IMG/VR virus record: IMGVR_UViG_3300035696_000034
Location: 8,487-72,486 of that record
DNA: 64,000 bases
Direction: 5' to 3' (one strand)
Source: a virus
Lineage: Duplodnaviria; Caudoviricetes
The notes beneath the pieces are model-generated. The model searched no databases. It had not been told where the DNA came from and was given only the letters and a program-made list of their open reading frames with translations. Below, piece by piece: positions 1 through 8,407 of this stretch; position 1 is the stretch's first letter, and each line of letters starts with the position of its first letter. The position numbers and the translations under genes were made by a program.

Positions 1-41
1 TTTATTTAGTAAGCCTTCTGACAAAAAAGTATATTACAGGT

Positions 42-257
42 ATGAACAAGTATTCTTCTTTTTCTGAACTTAGGTCTATCCGTGATGCTATGCTTGTTGA
101 GCAAGCAGAACGGTATGCTAAGCAAAAAGCCGAGCATAAAAGTACTTCCACAGTACCAGAGGATAATTGCCCTGAATGTCATGGAGCAGGAGTACTATCA
201 AATCAGGGAGCAGATGTTTGTTGCCCATTATGCCAGGGATGTGGCTACATTTTATGA
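42..257 (+). CDS. small zinc-finger protein (CxxCxGxG repeats)
   Basis: CPECHGAG and CPLCQGCG motifs; ATG 6 nt after a TATATT box (possibly leaderless). Confidence 0.6.
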   Translation: MNKYSSFSELRSIRDAMLVEQAERYAKQKAEHKSTSTVPEDNCPECHGAGVLSNQGADVCCPLCQGCGYIL

Positions 258-463
258 AAAGAGCAGTCGTTATCAATTTTAAAGATGGAACAAAAAAGGA
301 GCTTTTGTTGTCTAAGGCTACCTCTATACGTAATGAAGGCATAGACGCTGGTATGCTTCACCTGGACAGGCTTTTTGACGGTTCCTGGCGACTTACCTTC
401 ACCGATAGCATAGCGAAAGACTTTAGCTCTGTGGATTCATTAACGGTGTTAAGAGAGGACTAA
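254..463 (+). CDS. hypothetical protein
   Basis: ORF track 176..463; ATG at 254 overlaps the upstream TGA (ATGA coupling). Confidence 0.55.
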   Translation: MKRAVVINFKDGTKKELLLSKATSIRNEGIDAGMLHLDRLFDGSWRLTFTDSIAKDFSSVDSLTVLRED

Positions 464-558
464 AATGCTGTAGACTTTACATTAGGTTTTCAAACCGCCA
501 TAAGTTCACTTCTATTCAGTGTATCTGTATTTTAAACACAAACGAATAGGAGTAAACA

Positions 559-894
559 ATGACTAAGCTTCTGGAATTGAAACAGAACCTTAAGCAGTTG
601 GCGGATTCGATCCGAAAATCGAAGGCAGCGTATAAGCAGTGTCAGAGAGAACATAACGGTTGCGACGGCTATTGGGATAAAACTACGCCTTGGAAATGGA
701 TTGGTGGCTACACCTCAATCCTCAGCAAACTTAAAAAAGAGTTCAGACATAAGCATATAGCTTATTGCCTACTCAGAGGAGTCCCACGTGATGTTATCGA
801 ACATCCTGCAGAAGATAACAAACCTGACGAAAACCTTATTCGGGAGATCATCCATGCCTACACAGATGCGGATGTATGTGTTAGCAAGGCGTGA
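559..894 (+). CDS. hypothetical phage protein
   Basis: AGGAG RBS; 111 aa ORF overlapping the next gene. Confidence 0.7.
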   Translation: MTKLLELKQNLKQLADSIRKSKAAYKQCQREHNGCDGYWDKTTPWKWIGGYTSILSKLKKEFRHKHIAYCLLRGVPRDVIEHPAEDNKPDENLIREIIHAYTDADVCVSKA

Positions 895-1162
895 TCTCAG
901 CGAGACCTACCGTCTGGTGCAGGCGATGCATGCTCTAGCGCAATATGCCATAGAGTATCCTAAGGAATTTCATTTATGGAATAATACGACCATAACAGTA
1001 CTGGGAGTCAGGAATCTCATCGAGCTCAAGATATGGCATATGGAACTCCTGAAGAAAGAGAAGATTTTTTCATCTTTCTATGAGCCAGATCTTGATGGTC
1101 AAGTTACGGCCATAGCTTGCTATGACGATGGGAGGATCTTTAAGGATCTGAGACTGGCATAA
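866..1162 (+). CDS. peptidyl-tRNA hydrolase 2 (PTH2)-like protein
   Basis: MYVLARRDLS..VQAMHA...FYEPDLDGQVTAIA pattern typical of phage PTH2-like proteins; start moved to ATG 866. Confidence 0.65.
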   Translation: MRMYVLARRDLSETYRLVQAMHALAQYAIEYPKEFHLWNNTTITVLGVRNLIELKIWHMELLKKEKIFSSFYEPDLDGQVTAIACYDDGRIFKDLRLA

Positions 1163-1169
1163 GAGAATT

Positions 1170-1313
1170 GGATGCCTTTATACTTTAGATGCACGAAAGC
1201 AGATTGTTATCTGACCGAACGGGGGTAAGGTGCCTGGTTCTGTCTCCGTTTCGCAAGAGGTAGCTCCTCGGAGCTGGTAGTAGGGCAGTGTGCATTTAAA
1301 TATGAAGGCATCC
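1170..1313 (+). ncRNA. unclassified structured RNA candidate A
   Basis: closing helices GGATGCCTTTATA/TATGAAGGCATCC and TTTAGATGCAC/GTGCATTTAAA, internal hairpins, followed by TTTTT. Confidence 0.55.
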
Positions 1314-1359
1314 TTTTTAAAAGCAGAGAAAAAGAATTGAAACAGAACTGAGAAATATC

Positions 1360-1740
1360 ATGACTTCTTTAGAGTTACATCGCAAAGAACGAGAATTTTT
1401 AGAAGAATTATATTTATCCTTAAAAGTAGTGGATCGAGTTTTATCTAAATATCAAAAAACTCCACTAGAACCTGATTGTGTGAAAGAAGCTAGGAAACTA
1501 ATGATAGATAAGATAACTACTTTTACATCTAACATACCCGATAGATTAATCAGAGAAACAAAAGAAGAAGCTAAGGCTGAGTTAGACAAATGTCCTTGGA
1601 AAGATGATAAATATGGAGAATGCTTAAGCTGTAAAATTCGCAGAGAATTAGGTTATGATGACTATCACAGTTGTTGGGGTAATCCAAGTAACACACGACA
1701 TAATTTTTTATCACATCTTACGTGCACAGATGATCGATAA
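1360..1740 (+). CDS. hypothetical protein
   Basis: 126 aa ORF. Confidence 0.6.
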   Translation: MTSLELHRKEREFLEELYLSLKVVDRVLSKYQKTPLEPDCVKEARKLMIDKITTFTSNIPDRLIRETKEEAKAELDKCPWKDDKYGECLSCKIRRELGYDDYHSCWGNPSNTRHNFLSHLTCTDDR

Positions 1741-1742
1741 GT

Positions 1743-1841
1743 GGTGGCAAGATCTATAGGCTTAGCGGCTTGGCTCCGTAAGTGAACCGACACGATCACG
1801 CACTTGCGCCTGTTGCCCTCGTGAGCTGGCAGGTTGCCACC
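1743..1841 (+). ncRNA. unclassified structured RNA candidate B
   Basis: GC-rich island closed by GGTGGCAA/TTGCCACC then TTATTTT. Confidence 0.45.
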
Positions 1842-1874
1842 TTATTTTAAACCATTAATCCAAGGAGATGAATC

Positions 1875-2138
1875 ATGAAAGTAGTTACTGCTCAGCCAAC
1901 TAGAAAGTCAATAGAGCCATTCGAAATAATGCTAACACTTGAAACACCCAAAGAGATGCTTATGATGGCGGCAATATTTAACTCCTCAAAAATCGCAAAC
2001 GCAGGAGGCTTGTCTGACTCAAATAGCAGTGCTGCTTGTATACGGTACGCCATTACTGAGCATCTGAGGAAAAACGGAATCACAGACTATTACGGGGCAT
2101 TTACGGTTAGCGAAGTACCTGACTGGGCTAATAAATAG
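1875..2138 (+). CDS. hypothetical protein
   Basis: AAGGAG RBS, 87 aa ORF. Confidence 0.65.
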   Translation: MKVVTAQPTRKSIEPFEIMLTLETPKEMLMMAAIFNSSKIANAGGLSDSNSSAACIRYAITEHLRKNGITDYYGAFTVSEVPDWANK

Positions 2139-2143
2139 TAAAT

Positions 2144-2275
2144 ATAGGTGCCCTGCTGCGTCTTGCGCCCGGCCAAAGAGAAGGGCATATAGTAATATGC
2201 TTTAGGGAATAGCGCCCCTCGGTAAGCGCTACTGAGTGGAGTGGTGAAAGTCCACGGACGCAGCTGAGCATCTAT
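2144..2275 (+). ncRNA. unclassified structured RNA candidate C (multi-branch)
   Basis: ATAGGTGC/GCATCTAT and GCTGCGTC/GACGCAGC closing helices plus three internal hairpins. Confidence 0.55.
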
Positions 2276-2900
2276 GATTTATGTAGATAAATTAAAACGG
2301 TACTCAAGTAAAAGCTCCATGTGTCACATGTGGGCTGATACTGTCGAGGAACTTCACAAGTTTGCTGAAAGTATTTCTATAAAAAGATGTTGGTTCCACG
2401 GAGTTAGAAAAGGTCACCCACACTATGGTCTAACTCTTAGAAAGCGTAGTTTAGCCATTACTAATGGAGCGACAGTCACAGACTATCATAAATTCATAAA
2501 GGAGAAAAAGATGCATAAATACGAACTTTCTCAAGGCACTCCAGAGGGCACGGATTGGACTATAGATTTAGAACATGAAAAACTTTTTACTCAAGAAGAA
2601 TTTGCTAAAGAGATGGAAGATATAATTTGCGAAGCATTTGAAGAAGAACTGAAAGATCTAAATGCGTATGTTTTTAAATCTACTATGGATCGGAAAATAT
2701 TGACTGAAACTCTGAGAAAGCACGGATTTATATTAGATCTATCTGAACCTGATGCCCGGTATATTTATGAGCCTTTTTGCAGAGATTCTGATCCTGATAA
2801 TAAATTAGATGTTGTGCTGGATAAAGTTGAAGATAGACGCAAAAAGCGGCAAGAAGAAAGACGGAAAACCAGAGAATCAGAGAAAAGGATGACTTTTTGA
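2274..2900 (+). CDS. DUF4031-like domain protein, in frame with a second ORF
   Basis: MIYVD..MCHMWADTVEELHKFAESI..WF..HPHY pattern; internal AAGGAG RBS and ATG at 2511. Confidence 0.6.
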   Translation: MIYVDKLKRYSSKSSMCHMWADTVEELHKFAESISIKRCWFHGVRKGHPHYGLTLRKRSLAITNGATVTDYHKFIKEKKMHKYELSQGTPEGTDWTIDLEHEKLFTQEEFAKEMEDIICEAFEEELKDLNAYVFKSTMDRKILTETLRKHGFILDLSEPDARYIYEPFCRDSDPDNKLDVVLDKVEDRRKKRQEERRKTRESEKRMTF

Positions 2901-3421
2901 AAAAAATAAGCAATGCCGCAAGTACTGTAATATTCTCCACAAAAGGAGGGTGCCCTTGTTGGGACAAAGCCAACAGAACTTGTAGCGCCCCTAACGGTCC
3001 TGTTTACTGCGGAAACGATCCTCATTCCGGACCTTCTGGTCACTGTCCATATCCAGATGTCCCTGAAGACAAAAAACAACATGGAGTTCCTTCTAGCTAT
3101 AGCGTTCAAAACGGATGTTGGAACTGTCAGCACAAATATGTATGGATTCAACAAGATGAAGATGTTGTATATTACTGTCATGTAGACAAGTCAAAACGAC
3201 CTTTAAGTGACACCTATGACGAAAGTCATGTTACATATATGAAAAATAAAGGTCTAGTTTTTGGTAGAGGAAATAAAAAGAAAGATCAGCAGTATTATAA
3301 AGAAATGACAAGACTAGACAGACTTTGGCGGAATTGGGCTAAAAAACATCTTGTACAAGAATCGGGCATATGTTCTAAGCATCTCCCTATAGCTCAGTCT
3401 GGTCAGAGTAGGGCTCTCTAA
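2897..3421 (+). CDS. Cys-rich hypothetical protein; 3' end overlaps the suppressor tRNA
   Basis: 174 aa ORF; its stop lies in the tRNA anticodon loop. Confidence 0.6.
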   Translation: MKKISNAASTVIFSTKGGCPCWDKANRTCSAPNGPVYCGNDPHSGPSGHCPYPDVPEDKKQHGVPSSYSVQNGCWNCQHKYVWIQQDEDVVYYCHVDKSKRPLSDTYDESHVTYMKNKGLVFGRGNKKKDQQYYKEMTRLDRLWRNWAKKHLVQESGICSKHLPIAQSGQSRAL

Positions 3422-3456
3422 AAGCTTTTACCTGGGTTCGAATCCCAGTAGGGAGA
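3383..3456 (+). tRNA. tRNA-Sup (CUA anticodon, amber suppressor)
   Basis: CTCCCTA/TAGGGAG acceptor, GCTC/GAGT D stem, GGGCT/AGCTT stem with loop CTCTAAA, T arm CTGGG-TTCGAAT-CCCAG; no encoded CCA. Confidence 0.8.
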
Positions 3457-3484
3457 TTTGAAAACTATAAATTTTAAAATAGTC

Positions 3485-3513
3485 TTGGATTCTCTATTTC
3501 AAAAAAGTATATT
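3485..3513 (+). promoter_or_regulatory. sigma70-type promoter
   Basis: TTGGAT-17nt-TATATT; same AGTATATTA -10 context recurs across the window. Confidence 0.55.
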
Positions 3514-3534
3514 ACTCTTGGAAGGAAAATATTT

Positions 3535-3843
3535 ATGTTTGTGAAGATCCCAGTTTTTCTTTTACTCTGTATAGCTCTATCTTTTGCCTCTACGCCGGAA
3601 TGGTCAGACAGTCTGCCCAATCACACTTTGACTCCAGGCAGTGTGGACAAAAAGACGACACTTAACGACGGTCCAATTTTCGAAAGGGTTTCGATGTCAG
3701 CATTTCATCCCGTCGATAGTGAAGAGCCATTCAAAACTGCAAAAGAAGCTGAAAATGATTTTCTGTTACTGATGAAAGCTCAATGTATTTGTGTGAGTTC
3801 AATGAAAACGCTTAGCATCGCAGACATAGCACAAAGGAGATAA
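3535..3843 (+). pseudogene. chimeric ORF: N-terminus of a secreted HNH-like protein fused to unrelated sequence
   Basis: signal peptide and LPNHTLTPGS match LPSSSLTPGS of 13595..14047; similarity lost after ~3660. Confidence 0.5.
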
Positions 3844-3845
3844 AC

Positions 3846-4043
3846 ATGACAAAAACTGAGTTTGATAATCTTCAAAAAGGCGATACAGTCATCTCAAATG
3901 TTGTTCCTACAATAACGTACGATGTTGACAAAAAACAAAGAAATGGTTATAAAATTATACATTCTTCAATAATGACAAATCCGCAAGCCTGGGATATAGT
4001 CAAGAAAAAGAAAAGTTCAAAAACACGAACGAACAAACTTTAA
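3846..4043 (+). CDS. hypothetical protein
   Basis: AAGGAG RBS, 65 aa. Confidence 0.6.
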   Translation: MTKTEFDNLQKGDTVISNVVPTITYDVDKKQRNGYKIIHSSIMTNPQAWDIVKKKKSSKTRTNKL

Positions 4044-4051
4044 GGTGACAC

Positions 4052-4183
4052 ATGAAAATCGCAGCAGTCCAGCTTAACACAAACGTCGGTGACTTTGAGA
4101 GAAACAAGTCTAAAATATTTGAAAATATCATGCGTGCACATGATCAACAATGTGACATGACCAATAAAATTGGGTGGCAATGA
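4052..4183 (+). pseudogene. truncated nitrilase/glutamine-dependent NAD+ synthetase N-terminus
   Basis: MKIAAVQLNTNVGDFERNKSKI...AHDQQCD, then breaks off. Confidence 0.55.
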
Positions 4184-4367
4184 CAAAATCCTGAATCTAT
4201 GGCCTCAAAAAAGAAACTCATATTGGAGCCCTGAAAAGAAAAAGAAGCTCGCAGAACAGTTGTTATATGCCGTCTGTAGAGGTCAGCTTACACTAAAAGA
4301 AGCTCAGGAAGCTATAGCTAAAAACTGGATAGAGGCATATATAAAATATGTCAAAAACGCAGAATGA
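4161..4367 (+). pseudogene. C-terminal remnant of the secreted HNH-like protein
   Basis: PIKLGGNDKILNLWPQ...NWIEAYIKY aligns with PESLGGTDSLNNLWPL...NWVEAYKKY of 13595..14047. Confidence 0.6.
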
Positions 4368-4662
4368 GAAATGGAGGATTAAAATGGTTTTTGAACAATC
4401 TTATAGCATTAAGATTAAAGTTGTAGGCAAATCTACCATGCAGATGGAAATGTTCGAGGAGATGCTCCGCTCCATCGTAAAAGCATATAGTTATAAATCA
4501 AATGTAAAGATTATTCTGACCGACAGTAAAGGGAATGATGTTGTTGATGGTACTTATTCATTTGCTCGGTATTCAAATGGCTATCCTTATCCAGAAAACA
4601 AGACGGAATGTGTTCAAACTTTGTCGCTGGTTCAAACTTTGTCGCAGGATACGAATAGATAA
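4348..4662 (+). CDS. hypothetical protein
   Basis: ORF track; contains an in-frame 18-bp tandem duplication at 4612-4647. Confidence 0.5.
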   Translation: MSKTQNEKWRIKMVFEQSYSIKIKVVGKSTMQMEMFEEMLRSIVKAYSYKSNVKIILTDSKGNDVVDGTYSFARYSNGYPYPENKTECVQTLSLVQTLSQDTNR

Positions 4663-4681
4663 TAAAAATAGAAGATATCAA

Positions 4682-5512
4682 GTGACCAAAATACTCTGTC
4701 AAGGATCCAATAACACCATAGGCGATTTCTTCTTCAGCGCTGTTCCACTAGCTCACATCAAGAGTATAGAGCCTGACTGCGTCATAGATGTTATCCTGAC
4801 AAAAGAATCCAAGACTGATTATCTCTACGAGCAATGTAGATTTCTGAACTCTATTATAAAACTTGATGATGCCTCTGATAAAAGCGTATATGAATATGGA
4901 AGTAAGAACGCATATACGTCAGTATCTCTGTTGTTAAAGAGTTCCCATCTTTTAAAAAACATTCAGTTTCATGCTCTAAGGACTTGGTTTAAAACCGAAA
5001 ATCTGCCACCTCCAAACATACCGCAAGGAAGATACACACTGGTACATGTAACCAGTTCAACTAACTACAGCAGGCCAAGAATCCCTTTTTTATCTTCATT
5101 TTTGAGTTACATAACTGAATCAGGCATCCAACCCCTTTTTATCGGGACTAAGCAAGACGAAGAGTTGTTTAAACAAAGCTATCCGGACTGTACCTACTTC
5201 AATAATTTGGATCCTAGTTTGCTCAGATTTGGATTAGATAACGTTTTTCAAACTATGGCCAATATAGCAAGATGTGAGTCGGCTTTAGTCTTCAGTTCGT
5301 GGTCGGCATATGCGGCAGTACTACAAGGAGTACCTACAATAGAACTGTGGAACTATGAACAGCACAACTTTTTCAATCCTTATGTAAAATTAATGCTCGG
5401 AAACCCAGTGCATTTGTTACAAGACAGGTTTGATATAGCTCCTTCGCCTTTTCTTTTCTCACAGTGCTTACCACTGATGAAAAACTATGCGCAGCTTGTG
5501 TATGGTTGGTGA
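4682..5512 (+). CDS. glycosyltransferase family 9-like protein
   Basis: IGDFFFSAVPLAHIK..PDCVIDVIL N-terminal pattern of heptosyltransferase-like GTs; GTG start chosen. Confidence 0.5.
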   Translation: MTKILCQGSNNTIGDFFFSAVPLAHIKSIEPDCVIDVILTKESKTDYLYEQCRFLNSIIKLDDASDKSVYEYGSKNAYTSVSLLLKSSHLLKNIQFHALRTWFKTENLPPPNIPQGRYTLVHVTSSTNYSRPRIPFLSSFLSYITESGIQPLFIGTKQDEELFKQSYPDCTYFNNLDPSLLRFGLDNVFQTMANIARCESALVFSSWSAYAAVLQGVPTIELWNYEQHNFFNPYVKLMLGNPVHLLQDRFDIAPSPFLFSQCLPLMKNYAQLVYGW

Positions 5513-5571
5513 ATCTGATTTCTAATAATGTCCTAATAGCGTCTACTTTTATTGGGGCACAGGAAAAATAA

Positions 5572-6117
5572 ATGATTAAAAAAGTCGTAGTCCTATCACG
5601 GCAGTGGATCGAAAGATTCATTGATCAATTGAAAATAATACCTGACATAGAAGGTGGTTGGGCTATCATATCCATTTTCAGCAGCGACATCCTTTTGAAT
5701 CCGAAGAACATAGAGATACTTAAGAAACTCGGATGTCACGGCCACATAAGTTTACAGTTTGCAGATGTCACAAAAGAAAATTATGAAAGGGCCAAAGATT
5801 TCTACGATGAAAAGAATCTTTATCTGTTTAATGAAATGCACGCGAAAAGTATTTTAAATTTTATTGATGAAGTGCAGAAAAATGATAAGATTCAAACATT
5901 GGTCGTACATTGCTCTGCAGGCATAAGTCGGTCAGGGGCTATTGGCCTTTTCGCTAGTAGATATCTACATATAGACGAAAAAGAATTCTGGAAAATAAAC
6001 CCAAATCTTGCCCCCAATAGTTATGTACTTCATCTTTTACTGGAAACTTCTGGAATAAAAGATGATTATATAAGATTTTGGGAAAAACTTGATTTTGATC
6101 CAAAAAATATTTTTTAA
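5572..6117 (+). CDS. protein-tyrosine/dual-specificity phosphatase-like protein
   Basis: HCSAGISRS (CX5R) motif. Confidence 0.8.
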   Translation: MIKKVVVLSRQWIERFIDQLKIIPDIEGGWAIISIFSSDILLNPKNIEILKKLGCHGHISLQFADVTKENYERAKDFYDEKNLYLFNEMHAKSILNFIDEVQKNDKIQTLVVHCSAGISRSGAIGLFASRYLHIDEKEFWKINPNLAPNSYVLHLLLETSGIKDDYIRFWEKLDFDPKNIF

Positions 6118-6129
6118 TAGGAGGATTTT

Positions 6130-6657
6130 ATGGATAGAAAGGTGTTACTTGTAGTTTTGTTGGCTTGCGCATGTGCTTTTGCTTGGCATGGTGGAGACAG
6201 AGGAAATGTCCGTGAAGGATTTCATGGAGAATTCCGTGGATCTAACGGATATTACAGCGGATATTACCATCCGTTTTGGTTCCCAGGAGCTTTTGTTCCT
6301 TATCTCCCCTATTACACAATAGTCGTTGTAGGAGATGATTCATATTACTATTGTGATGGTACTTATTTCCTGTCGAGCCCAGGTGGATATGTAATTGTAG
6401 ACGATCCTATGGTATCCCCACCTGTGACTGTTCAGCCAGAGCCCACTCCAGCATCTAAACCTGCTCCAGTCGAAAAAGCCCAGGCTCCTGCTCAACAGAA
6501 GACTTCTGATACGATATCAATCAATGTCCCTAACTCAAAAGGCGGATACATTGCTGTGAAGCTTATAAAGCACAAAGACGGATATCTCGGTCCACAGGGA
6601 GAATATTATGCAGGTCATCCTACTGTGGCTGAACTTAAAGCTTTGTATGGTGACTAA
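6130..6657 (+). CDS. secreted Pro/Tyr-rich protein (DUF6515-like)
   Basis: signal peptide; YYYCDGTYF and YVIVDDP patterns. Confidence 0.55.
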   Translation: MDRKVLLVVLLACACAFAWHGGDRGNVREGFHGEFRGSNGYYSGYYHPFWFPGAFVPYLPYYTIVVVGDDSYYYCDGTYFLSSPGGYVIVDDPMVSPPVTVQPEPTPASKPAPVEKAQAPAQQKTSDTISINVPNSKGGYIAVKLIKHKDGYLGPQGEYYAGHPTVAELKALYGD

Positions 6658-7473
6658 ATGCCACTAAGATTCGTTTATGCGACGGACATCCACGGAGACC
6701 TCAGCAAATATGAAAAGGTGTATCAGTTCGCATTAGATCACGATATAAATCTGATACACCTAGGTGCTGATCTTTTGCCAAAAGGATCAGACATAGAAGT
6801 CAAACAAAAAAAGTTCATCAAGAAAGATTTTAAGAATTTCTACGAAACTTGCGAAGATAAAGGCATAAAAGTTCTCAGTTTTTTCGGGAACGACGATCTC
6901 TACCCGATGAAGAAATATTACAGAGAATATGCTGATCTTCTGGACGAAAGACCTTACACTCAAGACGGCTATGAATTCAAGGCTTACGGATATGTGCTCG
7001 ACTACCCGTTCGGATTGAAAACTGCATGTAAGCTTGACTATTCTGGGTGGAGATTCCCGGAGGAATACATAAGCGCTCCCTTTGAATACACTGAAAAAAA
7101 AGGTTGGGAAACTGTCAAGGATTTAGGAAAATATTTTGCTAAAAAAGGGACGATAGAGGATGATTTAAAAAAGATCCGTGCTACAGATAAAACCATTATG
7201 GCTATACACATGCCGCCACAATCCTTGAATCTAGATGTGTGCATAGATGGTCGGAGAGTGGGATCTAAAGCTGTATTGGACTGGGCTGTGAAAAATCAAC
7301 CACTTGTGCTCTTAACTGGGCACATTCATGAGAGCCCTTCTGTTACTGGTACATGGAAAGTAGCAGTAGGAAAAACCCTGGTCATTCAACCTGGTCAATC
7401 AGAACTTGATACTGTTTTAGTCCTAATCGAACTCGAGGAAGATGGCGTAAAAACTTACCTGGTCAAGCTTTGA
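6658..7473 (+). CDS. metallophosphoesterase (calcineurin-like)
   Basis: DIHG, GADL, GNDD, GHIHE motifs. Confidence 0.85.
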   Translation: MPLRFVYATDIHGDLSKYEKVYQFALDHDINLIHLGADLLPKGSDIEVKQKKFIKKDFKNFYETCEDKGIKVLSFFGNDDLYPMKKYYREYADLLDERPYTQDGYEFKAYGYVLDYPFGLKTACKLDYSGWRFPEEYISAPFEYTEKKGWETVKDLGKYFAKKGTIEDDLKKIRATDKTIMAIHMPPQSLNLDVCIDGRRVGSKAVLDWAVKNQPLVLLTGHIHESPSVTGTWKVAVGKTLVIQPGQSELDTVLVLIELEEDGVKTYLVKL

Positions 7474-7500
7474 TACTCAATTAATACCCTTTGCAATTTT

Positions 7501-7929
7501 ATGGCTTCAATACAAATACGCTCTGAGCGCAACTATGGGGGTGCGAAGTTCCTGGATTTCACCATGGACGGTAAAGAGTATGTAGCTGTCCCCAAGATAA
7601 ACGCAGATCAAAGTTGGCTGGATGAGTTTAAAAGCCTACTGGGATTTTCAGGTAAATATAACCTGAATCCCTTCGCTACTCCAATTAAAATGGATCCGGC
7701 TAAATCTCAAAAATATAAAAATATGCGAAGCTATGACAGAGTCCGCTACAGCTGGAATAAGGACGACACTATAAAGGCTAAGCCTCATCCAGGATTAAAA
7801 GATTACATAGACGTAGTCCCGAAAGCTGGGCTGGATCAATATCTCAAGGAAAGAGTAGTCCCAGAAGCAATACAAACTAAAATGGTCCTAGCAAGCATCA
7901 AAAAATATCTTCAAAGCTGTGAGCAATAA
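7501..7929 (+). CDS. hypothetical protein
   Basis: 142 aa ORF. Confidence 0.6.
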   Translation: MASIQIRSERNYGGAKFLDFTMDGKEYVAVPKINADQSWLDEFKSLLGFSGKYNLNPFATPIKMDPAKSQKYKNMRSYDRVRYSWNKDDTIKAKPHPGLKDYIDVVPKAGLDQYLKERVVPEAIQTKMVLASIKKYLQSCEQ

Positions 7930-7988
7930 CCTTTTCATATTTAAATTCGTTATATAGGTTTGTAAACAATCTTTAAAAGGAGCATATT

Positions 7989-8231
7989 ATGGCCGGAACA
8001 GATAGCACTTTTAGTGCTTATGGATCTGAACAGAGTAACACAGCCCAGGGGACAGTCTCTATGAAAGACCAGGGAAACGCAGGTCTGGGTAATCCTCAGG
8101 GTGACAGAGTCGTAAATACCGAAGGCGAGAACAAGCTTATCGAGGACGGATTCTTTGGAACGTTTCAACAGTCTACAAGACTGACGAACTCGATTCAATA
8201 CAACCCGGCGTCTCTTTATCCGAATAGCTAA
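7989..8231 (+). CDS. hypothetical protein
   Basis: AAGGAG RBS, 80 aa. Confidence 0.6.
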   Translation: MAGTDSTFSAYGSEQSNTAQGTVSMKDQGNAGLGNPQGDRVVNTEGENKLIEDGFFGTFQQSTRLTNSIQYNPASLYPNS

Positions 8232-8248
8232 GATAGCTAAAATAGTTC

Positions 8249-8277
8249 TTGCATATTTCTGCTTTCGGGTGTATATT
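8249..8277 (+). promoter_or_regulatory. promoter of tRNA array 1
   Basis: TTGCAT-17nt-TATATT; GTGTATATTTAGTA shared with the promoter at 20201. Confidence 0.75.
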
Positions 8278-8311
8278 TAGTAGGATTCAAAAAACAGGAG
8301 AGCTACTTTCA

Positions 8312-8407
8312 ATGACTTCTCGCACAATCATGACGATCATCAGTATGGCTATCATTAGTGATTTTGATAGCATGGATGATTTCATGTCTCAGCGGGAGTT
8401 TTTTTGA
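8312..8407 (+). CDS. attenuator leader peptide 1 (31 aa, MTSRTIMTIISMAIISDFDSMDDFMSQREFF)
   Basis: AGGAG RBS at 8296-8300; codons match the anticodons of the downstream tRNAs. Confidence 0.85.
   Translation: MTSRTIMTIISMAIISDFDSMDDFMSQREFF

Noticed and set aside
2144-2275. Cobalamin riboswitch (GGGAA and GGTGAAAGTCC-like words)
   Set aside because: Spacing is wrong and the B12 box (GCCACTG) is absent.
2274-2900. Novel DUF4031 fusion protein
   Set aside because: An internal RBS and ATG at 2511 suggest two adjacent genes that happen to be in frame.
3383-3456. tRNA-Pyl
   Set aside because: It has a normal D loop with GG, a TTCGA T loop and a 5-bp anticodon stem; no pyl genes are present.
4612-4647. 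18-bp tandem duplication as a regulatory repeat
   Set aside because: In frame, imperfect, only two copies near a C-terminus; no functional signal.
8224-8245. ATAGCTAA short repeats upstream of the promoter
   Set aside because: Only 2-3 degenerate copies in AT-rich DNA; cannot be told from chance.
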